Origin: Candidatus Moanibacter sp.
GTDB taxonomy: Bacteria; Verrucomicrobiota; Verrucomicrobiia; Opitutales; UBA2987
Length of the DNA: 64,000 bases
Assembly: GCA_965215885.1 (NCBI GenBank)
Contig: CBDCEW010000079.1
Coordinates: 25,926-89,925 of the forward strand
Direction of reading: 5' to 3'
In this document: positions 60,249-64,000 of the stretch, one piece after another
Layout: the number at the start of each line of letters is the position of its first letter
Position numbering within the stretch: position 1 is the stretch's first letter
Translations under genes and position numbers: made by a program
Notes under the pieces: model-generated
The model's input: only the letters and a program-made list of their open reading frames with translations
Told to the model about the DNA's origin: nothing
The model's database searches: none

Positions 60249-61430
60249 TCACTCCCTGTTTACGACGTCCCGTTCGTCGGGTCCGACAAGATACATACCG
60301 GCGCCCCGGCGGCGACCCCAGGGGCTGGCGAAGGATGTGGGGGATGGCTCATTTACGCTGAACTCCCTCAGTTTTTCTTCGTCGAAGAGGAATCCCAGTC
60401 CCGGCTCGTCGCTCAGAACGATCCAGCCGTCCTCGATTGGGTGCGTTCCGGTGAGGACGGCACTGCGACCGGCCTCGAGGACCTCCATCTCGCAGTGGTT
60501 GGGTAGGGCGGCGGCGAGGTGGGCCATGAAGCTCGCCGGGCAATTCATCATTGATACAGGCACTTCGAAGGCGTGAGCGAGGGCGGCGATTTGCGAGGCG
60601 CCGGTGATACCGGAAGCGTTTCCGCCAAGATTGAGGATATCAACAGCCCGATTGGCGATCAGGGGCGTGAAATCGCTGATATCGTCGAGGTTTTCCCCCG
60701 AGGCGACGGACGCCCGGATACTGTCGGACACCTTCCTGAGGCCCTGCCAATCCCAGCGCCGGGCGGGTTCTTCAACCCATTTTATATCAAACTGCTCCTC
60801 GATGCGATGGAGATACCGTATTGTCTGCTTGGGCGACCAGTACTCATTCACGTCGATCATCAGTTCGGGCGTTTTCCCCGACTTGGCAAGAGCATCGCGC
60901 ATGATTCCAATACGCCGCAGATCGGCATTCAAATCCAACCCGATCTTCAATTTACCTCCACAGACTCCCTTTGCCGCCATGCTCTCATAGAAGTTGCACA
61001 ATTCGGTATCTGTCAGGGGCATGTCGATGCCGCTCGCATACGCCCGGACCCGGCGTGTCGATGCCCCCAGCGTCTTCCAGAGAGGCTCTTTGTTCAACCT
61101 TGCTTTGAGGTCCCAGAGAGCAATGTCGATGGCCGCGATAGCACCCGTGACCGCCCCGCGGTTTCCTCCCTTGAAAACATGATCGACCATCGTCTTCCAC
61201 AGACCACGCACGCCGCGCGGGTCACATCCAAGGAGCAGGTTTTCAACGAGTTGGCTTATCTGTCGGGCTGCTCCAGCTCCACCGATTGCGATTCCGGAAA
61301 CTCCTACGTCCGTATCGATATGCACCGCCAACCCGGCCACAATGTCCCGCCCCTTCGGGCCGTTGGCATCGCCAATTGGACGAGTTAGTGGAAACTCATA
61401 GAGTTGAGTGCGGACTCCTGTGATTTTCAT
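60249..61430 (-). CDS. Mandelate racemase/muconate-lactonizing (enolase superfamily) enzyme
   Basis: IDIALWDLKAR, KLKIG (KxK), metal ligands IDVN / VEEP / GEN, PGLG. Confidence 0.9.
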   Translation of the reverse strand: MKITGVRTQLYEFPLTRPIGDANGPKGRDIVAGLAVHIDTDVGVSGIAIGGAGAARQISQLVENLLLGCDPRGVRGLWKTMVDHVFKGGNRGAVTGAIAAIDIALWDLKARLNKEPLWKTLGASTRRVRAYASGIDMPLTDTELCNFYESMAAKGVCGGKLKIGLDLNADLRRIGIMRDALAKSGKTPELMIDVNEYWSPKQTIRYLHRIEEQFDIKWVEEPARRWDWQGLRKVSDSIRASVASGENLDDISDFTPLIANRAVDILNLGGNASGITGASQIAALAHAFEVPVSMMNCPASFMAHLAAALPNHCEMEVLEAGRSAVLTGTHPIEDGWIVLSDEPGLGFLFDEEKLREFSVNEPSPTSFASPWGRRRGAGMYLVGPDERDVVNRE

Positions 61431-61618
61431 GGGTGGTAAGGGTGACGAATCCCCAAGTGTTTTGAAAGCAAATGTGCGCTCTCAAATAGATTAATCGAAC
61501 GGTTTTCAATCGACTCTTCCGGACGATTCGGTTCAAATAGAATTATGTAATCCAATTCGTAAATACGATGAGGTATGCCGAGGCGAAATTTCGAATTGGA
61601 TTACTAAGGGAGGAAAGA

Positions 61619-62776
61619 TTGAAAATCACGGACATAAAGAGTTACCCCGTCTGGGTTGGGCATCGGAATCAGCTCGTTGTAAAAATCGAGACGGACGAGG
61701 GTATTGACGGTCTGGGCGAATCGGGATTGTCCGGAAGGGAATTGGCGGTTGTCGGCGCGATCAAGCACTATAGGGAGTTCCTGATGGGACGAGATCCCAG
61801 GAGGATGGGCTCACTTTGGCAGGAGTTGTATCGAAGCCAGTACTTCGAAGGAGGAAGGGTACTCTCGGCAGCGATTTCCGCAATTGATATCGCGCTCCAC
61901 GACATTGTCGCCAAGTCGCTGAATATACCAGTCTATCAGCTGCTCGGCGGAAAGCAGAGGGATGCGATACCGTGCTTCGCGACATGCTCCATGCCCTCTC
62001 TGGAAGGGCTGATCGAAAACGCGAAGCTACTGATCGACCACGGTTGGAGTGTGATCCGTACAGGGATGGCGAACCCGCGGGATGAAAGTGAGCACGTCTT
62101 CGAGCCACGTGAATCAATCGGGTTGACGGCGGATTGGCTGACCGCCCTGCGAGCGGAGGTTGGCGCCGGACCAACGCTGGGCATCGATTACCATCATCGC
62201 CTGTCCGTAGCTGAGGCTGCATCGTTTTGTCAGCGGATGCCGAGTGGGACGCTGGATTTCCTCGAGGAGCCGATTCGCGATGAGACGCCGGGAGCCTATG
62301 AGTCCCTTCGCACGATGACCGACATCCCTTTCGCGATTGGGGAGGAGTTTTCGAGCAAGTGGCAGTTCATGCCTTACATTGAGCGCGGGATAACAAATTT
62401 CGCGAGGCTGGATATCTGCAATGTCGGTGGATTCACCGAATCGATGAAAGTGGCCGCGATGGCCGAGGCCCACTACATCGATTTGATGCCACACAATCCA
62501 TTAGGTCCGATCTGCACCGCGGCAACGGTGCACCTCGGCGCCGCAGTGCCGAATTTTTCCTGGCTGGAATTTCGTGTGTCGCCGACGGAAGAGGGGCAGT
62601 TCTACGACGAAGCGATGTTTCCGATACAGTTGAGACTGGAAGGCGATCGCATTGCTGTTCCGGATGGTCCGGGACTCGGGATATCCTTCAACGAAGAGGC
62701 GGCAAAGGAGCAGACCTTCAAATTCTGGGAGGCTCAGCATTTGCGCCGGACGGACGGATCCCACACGAACTGGTAG
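61619..62776 (+). CDS. Enolase-superfamily acid-sugar dehydratase-like protein (DgoD-related)
   Basis: IDIALHDI, IDYHHR, LEEP, IGEE, MPHNPLGP; TTG start after gggagga. Confidence 0.88.
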   Translation: MKITDIKSYPVWVGHRNQLVVKIETDEGIDGLGESGLSGRELAVVGAIKHYREFLMGRDPRRMGSLWQELYRSQYFEGGRVLSAAISAIDIALHDIVAKSLNIPVYQLLGGKQRDAIPCFATCSMPSLEGLIENAKLLIDHGWSVIRTGMANPRDESEHVFEPRESIGLTADWLTALRAEVGAGPTLGIDYHHRLSVAEAASFCQRMPSGTLDFLEEPIRDETPGAYESLRTMTDIPFAIGEEFSSKWQFMPYIERGITNFARLDICNVGGFTESMKVAAMAEAHYIDLMPHNPLGPICTAATVHLGAAVPNFSWLEFRVSPTEEGQFYDEAMFPIQLRLEGDRIAVPDGPGLGISFNEEAAKEQTFKFWEAQHLRRTDGSHTNW

Positions 62777-63256
62777 TTGGTGATTCGCTGCGTTTCGACT
62801 GAGTATCCGGCGCTTTGGATTTTATCGGATTCGGTGTCAAAGTCTTGCTGACGCTGCCTGACATAGTGGAGGCGATCGGAAGGGGTTGGGTTTTGGATTG
62901 GGCACTCAGACGGTGAATGGGACCGGCCTGGCGGATCAAACAGAAGCAAAGCTTGTTATCAATGTCTCCGATTTGACCGCGGATTGCGCCGATGGCGCGG
63001 ATATGGAAAAGAGAGATGACCCATCCCGGCGGGCCGTATGCGGGAGCAATCCTTCCAAGAGGGGCCGACCCACCCCGCCTGCGGCACCCCTCCCGAGGAG
63101 GGGACCTTTTCGCATCGGAACTCATTGATTAAGTTCCCCTCCTGGGAGGGGAGTGGGGTGGGTTTCTTCGGCGCCAGTTACCGTCGAATTTAGAAATTAA
63201 CCAGCCATCCGAAAATTCGTTTCAAGTCGGTAGCGACTAGAATAATCCTTTGTGTT

Positions 63257-63922
63257 CTATTCCTCAAATCCGGGATGTTTCACATATTCTTTCGCCAACA
63301 TGTAGGTACCGATATAAATCTCAGCCCCCTCTGTAGTGGTGACGAGGGAGTAGCTACCCTCTCGTCCCTCCACGAAGCCGGTGCCGGAGCGGGAATATCC
63401 GGCATGCTCGCCAGTGGTGAAGACTAGGTAGTTTCTCTTGTGCAACTCTCCCGGACTAAGACTGGCGGAGTAGATAACGGATTGTTGAAGGTATTTCTTT
63501 CCGAAGGCGATGAGCGTTTCTAGAAAAATCTCCTCATCCATGTTGTCGGGTTTGACAACGAGAAAGGAGAGGTCCGTAACGTGGCCTTCGTAGGACCCGA
63601 CAATCTGGCGGTGCGGTATGCCACTCTCGATGAGATCGCGGTGCAGGTCAGAAAAACGTTGATGTTTCACTGCTCTGCTCTTGTCTGCGTAGAATCGGGA
63701 AGTGGATTCTATCATGCCGTATGCTCCCCTCTCGATTGTCTTACGAAGCGCCCGCTCCGAAAAATACCGGTCGAGAAAGCTGATACGCTTGACCTGAGAA
63801 TCACTGGGGGAAGCTGGACTTGGGGCTTCTAAATGGCGGCAGTGCGTAGATAGGGCTGCTGCCAGGAAAAGAACCGAACGGGCGAAAAACGGTCGAAGAT
63901 TGACGTATGATGAGGCGCTCAT
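63257..63922 (-). CDS. Exported hypothetical protein, possibly a lipoprotein
   Basis: 221 aa; hydrophobic N-terminus ending LAAALSTHC; central GSYEG..DLSFLV...FGKKYLQQSVIY segment. Confidence 0.65.
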   Translation of the reverse strand: MSASSYVNLRPFFARSVLFLAAALSTHCRHLEAPSPASPSDSQVKRISFLDRYFSERALRKTIERGAYGMIESTSRFYADKSRAVKHQRFSDLHRDLIESGIPHRQIVGSYEGHVTDLSFLVVKPDNMDEEIFLETLIAFGKKYLQQSVIYSASLSPGELHKRNYLVFTTGEHAGYSRSGTGFVEGREGSYSLVTTTEGAEIYIGTYMLAKEYVKHPGFEE

Positions 63923-64000
63923 GCTTTCATCATTCCATTGTTCCTCTCTTCAAAAATTCCTATTCGCTTCGTTCCAAAATACAATGGCCTCACCATGAAG

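Overview
A 64-kb bacterial chromosomal window, probably from a Verrucomicrobiota (Opitutia-like) genome. This is inferred from the MiaB N-terminus and from the Verrucomicrobia-type C-terminal domains on secreted proteins. Housekeeping genes (miaB, gmk, gndA, pyk, arfB) are interleaved with accessory loci. (i) A His-less sensor kinase, a single-domain DivK-like receiver and two tandem PilX-like minor-pilin paralogs. (ii) A nested mobile element: a 1.9-kb IS5/ISNCY-like IS with a 6-bp TSD sits inside a 3-kb MULE-like IS, whose two ORFs join at an A9C -1 frameshift; that IS sits at the centre of a MITE-like palindrome. (iii) An ABC exporter with DUF1854, two integrin-like FG-GAP beta-propeller proteins (7 and 3x7 blades) sharing a long basic leader, and a TIGR03032 protein. 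(iv) A TonB-dependent receptor, MFS transporters, a ComDE-like TPP decarboxylase pair and a GbsR-DCC1-TIGR01777 operon with a perfect 20-bp operator. (v) An ISL3 element. (vi) A tightly coupled operon of an amidohydrolase-fold (probably dinuclear oxygenase) protein, a Rieske ferredoxin, a YhhQ-type queuosine-precursor transporter and an ADP-forming acyl-CoA synthetase, divergent from an opine dehydrogenase; this is the best candidate for an undescribed pathway. (vii) An M24 peptidase, two enolase-superfamily genes and a signal-peptide protein resembling the phage SAM-lyase fold. Intergenic DNA is dense with MITE and REP families. Garbled IS shards and local duplications at about 36.3-37.0 kb and 52.8-53.2 kb look like consensus artefacts of polymorphic IS insertions. 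I found no rRNA, tRNA, CRISPR array or reverse transcriptase. All family assignments come from motif recognition, not database searches.
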